Assembly (NCBI GenBank): GCA_973895155.1
Contig: OZ316899.1
Span: forward strand, 7,753,241-7,817,240
Direction of reading: 5' to 3'
DNA length: 64,000 nt
Source of the DNA: Marsupella aquatica
Taxonomy: Eukaryota; Plantae; Marchantiophyta
A program made the translations under genes and the position numbers. Below are positions 1 to 12,545 of the stretch, piece by piece (the first letter of the stretch is position 1; the number at the start of each line of letters is the position of its first letter). Below the pieces are notes generated by a model that ran no database searches, was not told where the DNA came from, and saw nothing but the letters and a program-made list of their open reading frames with translations.

Positions 1-1285
1 AGGTGATACTTCCCCATCCTCCCGATCGGGCCTGGGGAGTGCCACTGCGGTTGGTAACGGGCCCGGGGCGGCCACGGTCACCATGTTGTCTGCTGGGGCC
101 GCTCCTGGGGTCAGAGCAGGGGGTGGGGACGATATAGTGTCGGCCCCCTGCGCGCTTGTTCCTCTGGGTCGCCTGGTCAAGGGTGGGGTAGCCTCGTCGT
201 CATCGCTAAGATCCACAGCGTTGATGATGGAGCGTACCTGTGCTGGCTGGGTGATAGGTGGTGGGGTTTGGCTAGGCTGCGGCTGAGGCTGAGGCTGAAG
301 CTGAGGTTGCATGGGCACGGGTACGGGTACGGGCCCGGCTGAGTTGGTCATGTTGGTTGATGGCCGAGTTCCCATGAAGCTCTGCAGGTGCTGGTAGAAG
401 TTCTCCGAAGCGAGTGCGGACGCCCTTGTCGAACGGTTGGTACTGGACTCGCCGTTAATGACAGCCCGAACCTGGGCAGGGATGTGGTCGAAGTGATGTC
501 GCTGCAGGTCGATTGTACCCGGGATATTGAAGACCTCGTCCGGAAGCCGAAGCAATGCTTCCCAGAACCCGATATATTTGTCTCCGTTGAAGAAGTACCC
601 AGATACCTCAGCTGGTCGGTAAAGCTCGCTCTGAGACGGGTAGTCAAAGTTAAGGACGTAGTGGTGTCGTCCTGCTAGGCGGATGGCTCTCTCGTATTCG
701 CGTTCGATCTCGTATCGGCGCGGGTTGGCGTGTTTCAATGAATCGGCCAAGTGCCTTCCGGTAGATAGGAACTGCGTCTAGAATCGAATGGCCGAGCTGG
801 AGAGGATCGTGTGCGACATTTAGAGGAGATAGTAGTGGCGACCTAGAGAGAACGAGAGAGCTGGGGTCGAAGCTGGCGCGCGGACTGATGGACTGGTGCA
901 CTACAAAGGGTTGGCTCCCCTTTTATACTTTGAGGGCTTGTCGATCCCCGACGTCTCCTCGACGCCCATAGGTTGAACCACTCACGCTTGTGGTGTACCG
1001 GCCACTCCGCCGGTCTGAGTCAGCGTGCGTCAGTGGCCGCTTCCTTAAGTTCGTTATACGGACCCGAGGGAGGGGCCCCTCCACGCTCGTAACCCGGGTG
1101 TGCGAATAGCGACCCGCCGCCAGCCCGAACCTGAAGTCCCCCTTATTGCCTAATGATGTCCTACCCCTAATGATTACCTAAATACTGTCATTATGCTAAT
1201 AATAGCGGCCTAAGACCCACCTAACGCGCGTGCCGAGCGCAGTTAGACTGAATCACTCATTAACCACCGTACCGGCGGCGTCACA
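1..1285 (-). repeat. 3' LTR of element A (partial)
   Basis: Near-identical to 10092-11376. Begins TGTGAC on the minus strand next to the PPT TTAAGCAGGGAGCTA. Confidence 0.95.
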
Positions 1286-4200
1286 TAGCTCCCTGCTTAA
1301 TTGTGAAGCGGCCTCGCGAACATCGCTATCGGCGTCGTCATCTTGATGGTGGTCCTTTTTAACACGATCGTAGCTGATTCGCGTGGGGAGTAAATCGCCG
1401 GCATACGTCGCAAGCTCCAAAGATCCGTTTCGGTAGATCTGATTGACAAGGAAGGGCCCTAACCACCGGGTATGCAGCTTCCCTGGAAACTGCATGTACC
1501 TACTATCGTACAGAAGGACTAGATCGCCTGCCACGACGTCGACCCTCCGTAGTCCTTTGTCGTGCTGCTTCTTCGAAGTTGCCTGTTTCTTCACGGTGTG
1601 TCGAGCTGCCAGTAGCCGTGCTTCTTCCAAGGCTTCAATCTGATAAGCTCGGTCTGACAGACTTTCAGATTCAGGTAAGCGATCCCGAATGCTGACCCGT
1701 GGAGTGTGCACTTCAAATTCGACGGGCACCAACGAATGTTGGCCGAACACCAGAAAGTACGGGCTGTGACTCGTAGTAGTTTTGTAAGCTAGATTATACG
1801 AGTACACCGCCGCGTACAACTTATCATCCCAATCCGTTTTGTGCGCAGCTACAGTTTTGTTGAGGATCTTCCCAATGATACCATTTGCTCTCTCCGCCAT
1901 CCCGTTGGCTTTAGGATGATATGGGGTAGTCTTGCGGTGCTTGACTAGGTAACGCTCCGTAAGCTGGGCTATGGTGTCATTGAGGAAGTGGGTTCCACGG
2001 TCGCTTACCAATTCTAAGGGCGGTCCGAATCGGGTGAAAATCTGTTCGTATAAGAATCTGGCACTGGTTGCGGCGTCGTCCTTTACCGTAGCCCGCGCTT
2101 CGACCCATTTGGTGGAGTAATCAATAGCTAATAGGATGTACCTGCACCTTCGCCTTCGGGTAACGGGAGTGAACGGTCCGATATAATCAATTCCCCATTT
2201 TTCGAATGGTGCCAATGGAAGCACAGATGTGAGCGGGTGATGATGAGCCCGCCTCGGGGCCCCCGCTCGCTGACACAAGTCACAGCCCTTAATGAAGCGT
2301 TGTACATCCCGATGCAACGTAGGCCACCAATACCCCGAGTCCAGAATCTTTCGGGCTGTCGTAACTGCCGCGAAATGGCCTCCAGCTTCTTCTTCATGCA
2401 GGGCCCGTATCACGATAAGTGTCTCCTTATACTCTAAGCAGCGTCGTAACTTTCCGTTAATACCTTCCTTATGTAGGTGACCCTGTATCATGACGTAAGG
2501 CCCGGCTTTCCGTAAAAACACAGCGGCGGCCTCCTGATTGATGCCGTCAGGGATGCGGCCCGTTAAAAGGAAGGTGATTATTGAGCCGTACCACGTTGGT
2601 GTCCCTTCCCCCACGTGGAATAACTCCTCATCCGGAAAAATATCATCGATTGGCTGATCGACTGGTACGCCGTCCAGTCGTGAAAAGAAATTGGCATTGA
2701 GGTGTACCCTTCCTGGCTGAACCCGAACTTCGTAATTAAATTCCTGGAGAAGTAGCACCCACCGGGCTATCCGTCCTGTCACATCCGCTTTGTTGACCAT
2801 GTACTTCAGGCTATCATGATCCATGTGGAAAATGACCTTGTAGCCTAGCAGATAGTGTCGGAACTTTTTACACGAGTAGATTATTCCCAAAGCTTCTCGA
2901 TCAGTGGGGGAATAATTCTTTTCGGCTGCAAATAGTTGACGGCTAGCGAAATAGATGGGGTGATCACGTCCATCCTCATCTAGCTGACTAAGTACGGATC
3001 CGATACAGAACCCTGACACATCGACATACACGTGGAACTCCTTATTCCAGTCTGGGGTGACCATGATAGGCGCGGTGGTGAGTCGTTTACGGAGTTCCTC
3101 AAAAGCAATCCGTCTTCGGGGTGTCTCCTCGACCGCTGCGTCCTTCTTCATCATCTCAGTTAAGGGCAACGCAATTTTAGCAATGTCTTTAATGAATCGG
3201 CGGTAATACCCTACGCAGCCCAAGAAGGATCGTACTGCTTTTTGATCCAAGGGGAACACCACCGCCATCCAGGCCGCAACTTTCTCTTGGTCCACCTCAA
3301 TGCCCCGTTTGGACACACGATGCCCGAGTAACACCCCCTCCTCTACCCCGAAGAAGCATTTGGCAGGATGTAGTTTGAGGTTAACATCTCGGCATCGTTG
3401 CAACGTTCGTCGTAGGTGTTCGGGGTGCATGGCAACGGTTCCGAAGATGGCAAAGTCATCGATAAATATCTCCAAAAATTCCCGTAGGAAATCGTGGAAG
3501 ATATTCATCATAAGGCGCTGAAACATAGCCGGGGCGTTACACAGACCAAAAGGCATCCTCCGAAATGCGAACGTTCCCCACTCCGTAGTGAAAGTTGTTT
3601 TGAGCTGATCCGCGAGACGAATCCAGATTTGGTTATAACCTGAATACCCGTCAAGAAATGTATAGATTTCATTTCGGGCCACCATATCTAGAACCATATC
3701 CGTGAATGGTAATGGGTAATGGTCTTTTCGGGTTGCGTCATTCAGCTTACGGTAGTCCTGACAGATACGAATCTTAGGTTTTCCATCCGTACCTCCCTTC
3801 TTTGGTACAATGACAATGGGAGAGACCCAGTCGCTGGCCATTATCGGGTAAATGATATCGGCGGCGAGGAGACGATCAATTTCCTCCTTCACTAAGATGG
3901 AGTACCTCGGATTCATGCGACGTTGTCGCTGTCGTATCGCATGGGCTCCTAGGTTCAGATCGATTGTGTGTTCTCCCAACTCGGGGGAGACGCCTGTTAA
4001 ATCATGATGACTCCATGCAAACACATCTTCATATTCCTTGAGCAAAGCTTGGATGGATTTTTCAGCCTTCCCCGTCAGAGCGTGGCCTAGGTTAAAAGAT
4101 TTGTCCATCCCAATAGTGTACTTCCGGTAGTGCTCCTTCCTGATGACTTCAACCTGGTTTCGCAGACTCGGGTCCAGGCTCGCGTCAAGCTCAGCTAACC

Positions 4201-7200
4201 GAACCCCTCCGTACATGGGTGGGACCGGGATTGGTCTCGGGATGGGGTTTACTTCCTCCAATTGCAGAATGGACGGATCCCATGAGACTCGCTTTTTATG
4301 TCTCGGTCTCGAGTTTTCGGCCTCAGGCGGTTGTTGGGCTGGTTCATGGTTACGAGGCTCTGAAATGGAAGGAGTAGCCTCGGCTCCCTGCTTAGCTGGA
4401 GCCGTGTCCTCCGTCTCGACGAGTTGTTCGTGCGTTTCCTCATCCCCGACAGTAGATGTACTTGGGGTGGACTCAATGGCAGCCCTCGGGTAATTTAGGA
4501 GATGTGTTTCTCGGGTTGCTTCAACTCCGAAGACATCTTCCTCGGATAGGGACGAGATGAGTTCGATCATATTGAGTTCCTCTTCCTCCGAGGTCTCCAA
4601 ATCATATTCCTCGGGTCCTTGTGGGGTTTCTCCCTGATAATCGTCCATTGCCCAGGATACCCGTACGGTGGGTTCCGCGAACCGTAGCTCCTTCTTTCCC
4701 CAATCCGTGACTACGCGGCCACCGTACAACCACGGCCTGCCCAGAAGAACCGGATAAGAGGAGGGACGAACCGGCCTCATGACTAAGAAGTTGAGATAGA
4801 ACTCTACCCCTCCCACCAGAGTGAGCACTCGTGTGAGCGTGCCTAATGGGAGGACCCTTGCCCCGTTTGCTAATCTGATAGCTCGGGCCGTGGGTTGATA
4901 CGTGAGGTATCCTAACTTGACTGACGTTTCTTCAGTCATGATGTTGACTCCCGCTCCTCCGTCTACAAGAACCATCTTGATGGTACAGTTATTAATTTTG
5001 ATCGAGATGTCCGGCGCTCCAAGGTCCTCGCATATCATGTTGCAGTCCGCACTCCCAACTCGGGGTAGTCTCCTCCTTCGGCGACCCATGAGCAACTCCC
5101 TCAGTTGTCGTCTGTACTGTGGGTTGTTCTGCAGCAGTTGCCCCACCGTCGCTGTAACCGGGCAACTCTTCACGTCCTCCTTAATATCATAGTCCTCCTT
5201 TGTTCCTTTCGTTGGCTGCTGCTTGGCTTCCTCTTGTTTATCTTGCTTTTCTTGCTCCTGACGCCGGGCTGTCTCGGCTGCTTTGATGTCCTTATCGATT
5301 GCCTTCTGGTATTCCCGAGCTTCGTAAGCCTCCAGCTGTTTCTTTACCAATTCTTCGATGCGGGGAAAAAACAGCTTCGGGTCATCCCGTCGGTAGTCAT
5401 CGTCCTTTTCCGGGGGTATATTTATCGCTGGCTGCACCGGAGTAGTATCTTGCTTTTTCCTCCGTTTCTCCTCCGTCTTTTCTTCCTTCCGTTCGGCCCT
5501 TGTTGACACTCGGTAGCACTCGGCCTCATCCAATGGATTAGGGTGTTCCACCACGTCCACCAGATTCACCCACTCGGTGTTGTCATCTTGCCATTCTACA
5601 GCAATCATTTGGACGACTGCATCGCTCGTGACTGGTCCAGCCTGGGCCGGTCTAGCCGCACTCGTTCGAGCAGCGATTACCAACGGACAGTTGGCCGTGG
5701 AATGAGCCTCCGTTTTGCAAACTTGACATAGTGGGGTGCCTCGGCCATCTCCCTGACGTCTTGGTTCGGTGCATTCCCTCGCAAAGTGTCCTGGCTTTTC
5801 ACAGTTGTAACAAACTGGGGACCGCCAAATCCCTGGCTTAGGAGGGATGCTCGGGTTACTGATAACCTGGAAACTCCGGCCATTACTTGGGTAGGGGTAC
5901 GCAGTTCTACCCGCTAAATTACGCGGACCTACCGTTGAAATCTGGTACACGGAATCAGGAGGGTCCTCAAAGAAATACTCCGTGGACTCCGATTCGGGGC
6001 CCGGGTTGTCAACATCATCCAGCTCTACTTGGTGAACTCGGTTCTTCCACCTTGGGCATTCCTGCACCACATGGCCGGATTGGAAGCACTTTGAACACCA
6101 CGCATGGGCTCGAATCTCAGATGGCTTCTTCTTCTCCACCGGCTTTTCTGCAAGATGTACTGACAGTGCTTTGAGTCGATCCGTGATTTCGTTCAGCTTG
6201 TCTACTTCGGCAGCCTTTGGATCTGGTATCGTTCTTCGCGCCCGGGGTTTAATCTTCCCCTCCTTCTTCACTCGTCTCTTCTTCTTTTTGCTCCGGCTTT
6301 CGCTCTCCAAGTCACTTCCTGATGAACTGGAGGTAGAGGATCCGATGCTTGAAGCTGAATCCGAACTGGATTCCGTCTCGGAGCTGGACGAGGTCGAACG
6401 ATGTTTCTTCTTCTTCTTGCATTTCTTCTTCCTCTCGTCGTCCGATTCGAAGTCACTGTCACTGAAGGTTTCGTACTTACCCTTCCTGCGGCATGCTCGC
6501 TGGCTCCGCCGGGAGTTATAGGTGGACTCCCGGTAAGTTTCGGCGCACGCTATGGCCGCCTGCATTGAAATTGGATTATTCTGGCGTACCCAGAATTGCA
6601 TATTCATGGGCAAACCATGAAGGAACCATGTAAGCTGGAGCGCGTCTCCTGGCCTGGGCCGGATCTTGGCCGCAAGTTTCTGAAACTTCTGAATGAACTT
6701 CCGCAGGGACTCTTTTTTTTCCATGCGAAGCTGGCCAATCTTTAATAGAGAACGCTGTTCTGATCCAATGGCACGAAACTCCTGCAGCAATGCAGCTTGG
6801 AATTGTGCCCAGGTAGTCCCGGGTGGTAACGAGTTGTACCATGGACGAGCTTCTCCCCGCATCACTCCCGGGAGGACGGTTAGCTTAATGGCGTCTTCCC
6901 CATTAGCTTTAGCAGTGGCTTCAAACTCATCCAACCATTCATCCGGATCATCCCCATGACGCCCTTTGAAAGGTCGATAATGAAATCGCGATCATTGCGA
7001 TATTTGTGGAGGCGCCTGAGCAGCGCGGGCCACCGGTGGAGCGGCTGCCATAGGTGGTGGTGGTGGTGGTGGTGGTGGTGGAACCGCAGCAGGGCCGGTC
7101 GAACCGGACCCCGAAGATCCCGGGGGTATGTTCATACGTCGGGACGATTGCGAGTCCTTCGAGCCCGACGAGTCGGAGCTTGTTGTGGTTGCACTTTCTC

Positions 7201-7252
7201 GTTCGCTGGTCAATCTCCTCAAGTAAGCTGTTTGAGAACGAGTGACGGGCAT
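1253..7252 (-). CDS. Gag-Pol polyprotein of element A (one premature TGA at 6992-6994)
   Basis: ORF 1253-6934 has three CCHC-type knuckles, protease LVDGGAG, RT (QDYRKLN, FIDD), RNase H (DVSG..DREALG) and integrase (HHCC, D,D35E, GPF). In-frame upstream segment 6992-7252 reads SQ*SRFHY, where element C reads SQRSRFHY. Confidence 0.93.
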
Positions 7253-7345
7253 TTACTCATATAAATGCAATGGTTAGTACTACGTCCTGATGTATCCTGC
7301 CTAGGTGAATACGCACATGTCTCCCCTCTACGATATGTAGAGTGC

Positions 7346-7363
7346 CCCCTCCATCTAGCGCCA
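7346..7363 (-). promoter_or_regulatory. Primer binding site, tRNA-Asn-like
   Basis: TGGCGCTAGATGGAGGGG, close to the complement of the plant tRNA-Asn(GUU) 3' end. Same sequence occurs in C and D. Confidence 0.75.
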
Positions 7364-7375
7364 AAACAAAGGCTA

Positions 7376-10300
7376 TGTCACGTCGTAGGCTTCGGCCTTA
7401 ACTCAGACTTCAGCTTAGACGGGCACATCCCTCGTAAATCTGAGGGTTCGAGCAGGAAGGGAAGCACGTAATGCACCTTATTCTCGTAAACTAGCGCTAA
7501 GTGCGCATACTGCTAAATACGGACACCTCCTAGGTATGGTTTGTGTTCCGCCGCCGGAACGTACCTTAGTCGATAGCAGGATCGACCCCGGCTTAAGGGC
7601 TTCTAAGCCTTCGTGCTGTCCGCCTTCGATCCGGATTCGATGATACAGGTCCTCAACCCGTGCTCGCAACCACTTACCCGTAGGCTGCACCCTGTGCACG
7701 TCTCGGGTAGTGCGTTTGGCCCGGCGCTGCCACCCATATACGAGAAACCCACACACATATGCGCACACATGCATACAATCTTGATTTACACGAAGGAAAA
7801 ATGATGGGAAAGGATTTTACTACAAAGGGAACATATGCGTACACTTAGTTGACACGACAGCCCTGGAATGCACAGGTTCAAGGCCAAGGGTGCACACTAC
7901 AACGGAGCCCGGCTCCGCACTCGCCCGGCGAGCTTAGTCCTACCCCCTCCCCTTGGTACTCTGTCATTCCCAGAGGTCGGGACTCCCCGCATGTCCCGCG
8001 GATGTCCGACTCTGAAACTAAAAACCCCCCCTGCCTCTACCGAGGGGTGCACTAAATACTAAGAGCCGAGGAACGGGGTGTCCTCACGCTGAAGATTCGC
8101 TGACTAAGGTCCTAACTAAGCTGACAGTCAGGCCGGAAAACGGCTATGTCTTATTAGAAGATCCTAATTTACGCAGGCTGGACAGCAGGGCAGCGCTGCT
8201 GTACCTAAGGCAGGTGCCTGTCCCAAGAGCCTGACTAAGCCAATCCTAATCCTAATCTATTCCTACTCCGCCGCTAATGCCTGGCACGCTTGCCAGAGCC
8301 GCCCGAATGGGAACGGCCATCCCGCTGCCTTCGAAGCCTGTCATTGTCCGCCTTGAGGAGCTGGACCTGGTCCAGCAGAGATTCGTTCTCTCGCCTCGCC
8401 GCGTCCGTCTCCTCTGCTGCCTCCTGACATGCCTCCTCCAGCTGCTGGGCGTCGCTCGTCAGTTTACTCGCCAGCTGGTCCTGCTTCTTGGCCTCGGTTT
8501 GGAGCCGCGCCATCTCGGCCTGCAGCGTGGCTATCTCCGTCGCGTCCCACTGGGCTCGCCCCTTGGCCTCCTCCAGGTCTTTCTGCCAGGTGACAGCTTG
8601 TTTCTTCAAACTGTCAATTTGGTTCCGGAGTCGTGTAATCTCGGCCTCGTTCCCAGCTTTGGCCTGTTCGGCTAGGGCGGTAAGAGCGTACGCCTTTGCT
8701 AACAACTCATCGGCGGCTGCAACCTTGGGTTGTAGTTGCAGAAGCTCAGCCTCTTGAGCCGCCACTTCGTTCTTTAGGTACACGGACTCCACCCGGTACC
8801 GCTCTATCCTCTGAAGGGCCTCCGATTGGGCCCGACCTGCCTTTACGGCGGCAACCAACTCCTGATTGAAGAAACAGGCTACCTTCCGGGCCATGAACTC
8901 CCCGGTATCCCGGGCAATTTGATGAGAGAAATCTCCCAGAAGCCCGTTCAGAAACGTACCCTGTACGAAGAGTTCCGGGTGGTCCAAGTTGTGCCTGTCC
9001 GGATTTGGGCATGGGCAGACATCAACACGCGCAGGGGCCGGGGCAGTGACGTCCAGCCCTGGGGACATAACGTTGGAAGGGGCTGGAGTGTCCTCCTGCA
9101 GCGATGTCCGGTTCTCCGGAATTGCCACCGGCGGGTCCTTGGGAGACCCGGGTTCGGGTAAGACCTCTGCCGTACCAACTTCTGTACTTAGCCCGGCTAG
9201 TTGGGTCGCATCAACGGTTGCGACGACCGACCCCTTCGGCGCCTCCTCGGGTACGATTACAGCTATTTGTGGAGGTGGGGTGGGTGAAGCTGGCGTGTCC
9301 ACTGGACTTCGGGCCTCGGGTTGGGGCCGTCTCTCCAATGCCGGAAAAACCCACCTAGCTGGGACCAGCTTTGTAACGTTGATGCGGGGAAGGGTTCGTC
9401 GATCAAACTGGGCGTACCACTCAAGAATGATTTCGATGTGGCTAGCAAAATACGCCTTCCCGCCAATGTACAGCGTCTTCCTTCGCCGCTCCATCTCTTC
9501 ATGGAATTTCTTAGCGAAGTACGACGCCCATTTCCTAGGTCGATAGTTCTCGACCTGGATAACCTGGGCGGCGGAGATCTCCCCCCGGGGTTCCATCATG
9601 TGGAGAGCGTACCTCTGGAACTCCAGCCGCTCAGCTATCTCGGGCATGAGGCAGGTCCTCATCACGAACCCGTTGTCTACTGATCCCTCTGAGGGAAAAC
9701 TTGAAGATTGGTACTTGGCCCCCTTGCCCCCGGGAGCCCGTGATTCGACTCGATGATCACCTTCGGGTAACCCGAAGATCATCTTGAGCCGTTCTTCTGT
9801 GAGGGACATATTCCTTCCCCGCAGCCGAGTCTGTTGACGTACGTCGTCATAATTCTTGACGAATTCTGTCATGTCCTCCCCGTAGTACCTGCAAGTGTTC
9901 CAGGGGAGAGAGGCGAGGTGCTCAAATCCCTGAGTCTTCAGGTACACCGCATGCTTGGGATGGAGGATGTTGCTGTGAACGTTTTCCCCCATGCGATGCA
10001 TCGTCACCTTGGCTACGGCTACCGTGGCCAACGGTAACCCGGATGCAGTGGCGGATTCCTTCCTCTTCTTTCCCCGTGACTGACTCGGGGAAGGTGATAC
10101 TTCCCCATCCTCCCGATCGGGCCTGGGGAGTGCCACTGCGGTTGGTAACGGGCCCAGGGCGGCCACGGTCACCATGTTGTCTGCTGGGGCCGCTCCTGGG
10201 GTCAGAGCAGGGGGTGGGGACGATATAGTGTCGGCCCCCCGCGTGCTTGTTCCTCTGGGCCGCCTGGTCAAGGGTGGGGTAGCCTCGTCGTCATCGCTAA

Positions 10301-11376
10301 GATCCACAGCGTTGATGATGGAGCGTACCTGTGCTGGCTGGGTGATAGGTGGTGGGGTTTGGCTAGGCTGCGGCTGAGGCTGAGGCTGAAGCTGAGGTTG
10401 CATGGGCACGGGTACGGGTACGGGCCCGGCTGAGTTGGTCATGTTGGTTGATGGCCGAGTTCCCATGAAGCTCTGCAGGTGCTGGTAGAAGTTCTCCGAA
10501 GCGAGTGCGGACGCCCTTGTCGAACGGTTGGTACTGGACTCGCCGTTAATGACAGCCCGAACCTGGGCAGGGATGTGGTCGAAGTGATGTCGCTGCAGGT
10601 CGATTGTACCCGGGATATTGAAGACCTCGTCCGGAAGCCGAAGCAATGCTTCCCAGAACCCGATATATTTGTCTCCGTTGAAGAAGTACCCAGATACCTC
10701 AGCTGGTCGGTAAAGCTCGCTCTGAGACGGGTAGTCAAAGTTAAGGACGTAGTGGTGTCGTCCTGCTAGGCGGATGGCTCTCTCGTATTTGCGTTCGATC
10801 TCGTATCGGCGCGGGTTGGCGTGTTTCAATGAATCGGCCAAGTGCCTTCCGGTAGATAGGAACTGCGTCCAGAATCGAATGGCCGAGCTGGAGAGGATCG
10901 TGTGCGACATTTAGAGGAGATAGTAGTGGCGACCTAGAGAGAACGAGAGAGCTGGGGTCGAAGCTGGCGCGCGGACTGATGGACTGGTGCACTACAAAGG
11001 GTTGGCTCCCCTTTTATACTTTGAGGGCTTGTCGATCCCCGACGTCTCCTCGACGCCCATAGGTTGAACCACTCACGCTTGTGGTGTACCGGCCACTCCG
11101 CCGGTCTGAGTCAGCGTGCGTCAGTGGCCGCTTCCTTAAGTTCGTTATACAGACCCGAGGGAGGGGCCCCTCCACGCTCGTAACCCGGGTGTGCGAATAG
11201 CGACCCGCCGCCAGCCCGAACCTGAAGTCCCCCTTATTGCCTAATGATGTCCTACCCCTAATGATTACCTAAATACTGTCGTTATGCTAATAATAGCGGC
11301 CTAAGACCCACCTAACGCGCGTGCCGAGCGCAGTTAGACTGAATCACTCATTAACCGCCGTACCGGCGGCGTCACA
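7376..11376 (-). repeat. 5' LTR of element A (~4.0 kb)
   Basis: TGTGAC...TGACA termini. Outer 1285 bp match the 3' LTR. Inner boundary inferred from the CA near the PBS. Confidence 0.85.
8274..10910 (-). CDS. LTR-encoded 878-aa protein: PMD/Transposase_32-like domain plus C-terminal coiled coil
   Basis: Intact ORF wholly inside the LTR. Motif GFEHLASLPW...EFVKNY...LTEERLKMIFGLPEG is shared with the LTR ORFs of B, C, D, E. TATAAAAG lies ~100 bp upstream (11011-11018). Confidence 0.75.
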   Translation of the reverse strand: MSHTILSSSAIRFWTQFLSTGRHLADSLKHANPRRYEIERKYERAIRLAGRHHYVLNFDYPSQSELYRPAEVSGYFFNGDKYIGFWEALLRLPDEVFNIPGTIDLQRHHFDHIPAQVRAVINGESSTNRSTRASALASENFYQHLQSFMGTRPSTNMTNSAGPVPVPVPMQPQLQPQPQPQPSQTPPPITQPAQVRSIINAVDLSDDDEATPPLTRRPRGTSTRGADTISSPPPALTPGAAPADNMVTVAALGPLPTAVALPRPDREDGEVSPSPSQSRGKKRKESATASGLPLATVAVAKVTMHRMGENVHSNILHPKHAVYLKTQGFEHLASLPWNTCRYYGEDMTEFVKNYDDVRQQTRLRGRNMSLTEERLKMIFGLPEGDHRVESRAPGGKGAKYQSSSFPSEGSVDNGFVMRTCLMPEIAERLEFQRYALHMMEPRGEISAAQVIQVENYRPRKWASYFAKKFHEEMERRRKTLYIGGKAYFASHIEIILEWYAQFDRRTLPRINVTKLVPARWVFPALERRPQPEARSPVDTPASPTPPPQIAVIVPEEAPKGSVVATVDATQLAGLSTEVGTAEVLPEPGSPKDPPVAIPENRTSLQEDTPAPSNVMSPGLDVTAPAPARVDVCPCPNPDRHNLDHPELFVQGTFLNGLLGDFSHQIARDTGEFMARKVACFFNQELVAAVKAGRAQSEALQRIERYRVESVYLKNEVAAQEAELLQLQPKVAAADELLAKAYALTALAEQAKAGNEAEITRLRNQIDSLKKQAVTWQKDLEEAKGRAQWDATEIATLQAEMARLQTEAKKQDQLASKLTSDAQQLEEACQEAAEETDAARRENESLLDQVQLLKADNDRLRRQRDGRSHSGGSGKRARH

Positions 11377-11509
11377 TCATGCAATGTGTCAGGGTGACCT
11401 AAAGTACAAGGCAGGCCATAAGAAAGAAAGAAGAGGTATGTAGGGGGCATTGCAGGTTGGGTGGATAGCAATTGAAAGCAAGGAAACAGAAGCAAGGGAG
11501 GAGAGGGCC

Positions 11510-12545
11510 CACTCACAAAGTGTGCTTTGAGGCCATGAAGTCCACCTTGGCCCATCTTGTGCGTGGTCTTGGGCCGTTTGCTGACTCGCTCAGTTGCAAG
11601 GATGAATTTTTGGGGTGATGCCCCCACTTCACCCACAATGTGCTACATGTGAGACACCTTCTCAGCCATTGCCTTGAGGTCTCGGTCGGACTTCCCGACC
11701 TTCTGTGCCTTGGCTTCCATCTCCTTCCAGAAGGGAAGGTTCCTGGCAGCTCTCATCTGCACCCCCACATTGTAAAAGGCATTCCACACATCCTCAGTGA
11801 ATTGCAGTGGCCTCCTCATGTTTCTATACTCCTCCAAGTTTGCCAGGTAGGCCCTTACCTTCTTCCTATCATGGTGCCATGCTTGAGACATTGAATTGGA
11901 AATTCTATCTGCAAGCCACTGTTCATCAATCTCTGCTCCATTTTAAAATGAATCTTTGATTTGACTCATTACTTTCCTCTGGTCTGCCTTGCTGAGTTTC
12001 CCCCACTCAACTCCTCGTGCAAAATTGGAGCGCACCATAAGCTTGATAGTGCTCTTTGCCCCGGTGTAGGCCAGTTCAGTAGGAATGTCTTTGATCAAGG
12101 CAATCATAGGCAGCTTCTTCCTCTCTTCCTCCTTCTTTTGCTGCTCCTCCCGCTGTGCTCTTATCTCATCTCGTTCCTCTCTCCTCCTCTTCTTTTCTAG
12201 GGCAGCAGGTGAGACTACTCCTGCCTTGGCCCTCTCCTCCTTACACTTCTTCTCTCTTGCCTTCTTTTGAGCTGCACTCCTTTGCTCCTCCTCCCTTGCA
12301 ATGTTCCCTGTAGCTACTCCCGTTTGCAACGCTTGCCCTAGGATTTCACTCAAAGAAGCAATCCCTGCTGGTGTAGTCAAATCTAAGCGGCTCAACTGTG
12401 CTGCATTGAGGTGCTCAGCCATCAAATTGGTCCATTGATTCCTCTCCTGCTCCCCATTGCCTTCGTTCCCATTGCCGTTGTCACTCACCCCTGCCCCATC
12501 ACCTCCATTTGCTCCACTGGAATCCATAGCTAAGCCACCCCCCAC
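11510..12545 (-). pseudogene. CACTA/En-Spm TNPA-like (Transposase_24/Ptta-like) gene fragment
   Basis: In-frame fragments 11943-12545, 11643-11891 and beyond, separated by stops. Motifs WGKLSKADQRKV, RPLQFTEDVWNAF and THKMGQGG, then a GTGAGT donor. Element A inserted just downstream. Confidence 0.6.

Larger units (their letters stand above)
1..11376 (-). mobile_element. Ty3/Gypsy LTR retrotransposon A (non-chromovirus type), left end outside window
   Basis: 1-1285 repeats at 10092-11376 (offset 10091, ~9 transitions by eye). Domain order gag-PR-RT-RH-INT, PBS at 7346-7363, PPT at 1286-1300. No chromodomain seen. Confidence 0.95.

Noticed and set aside
8274-10910. env-like gene
   Set aside because: No evident signal peptide or transmembrane segment. 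The protein is hydrophilic with a coiled coil.
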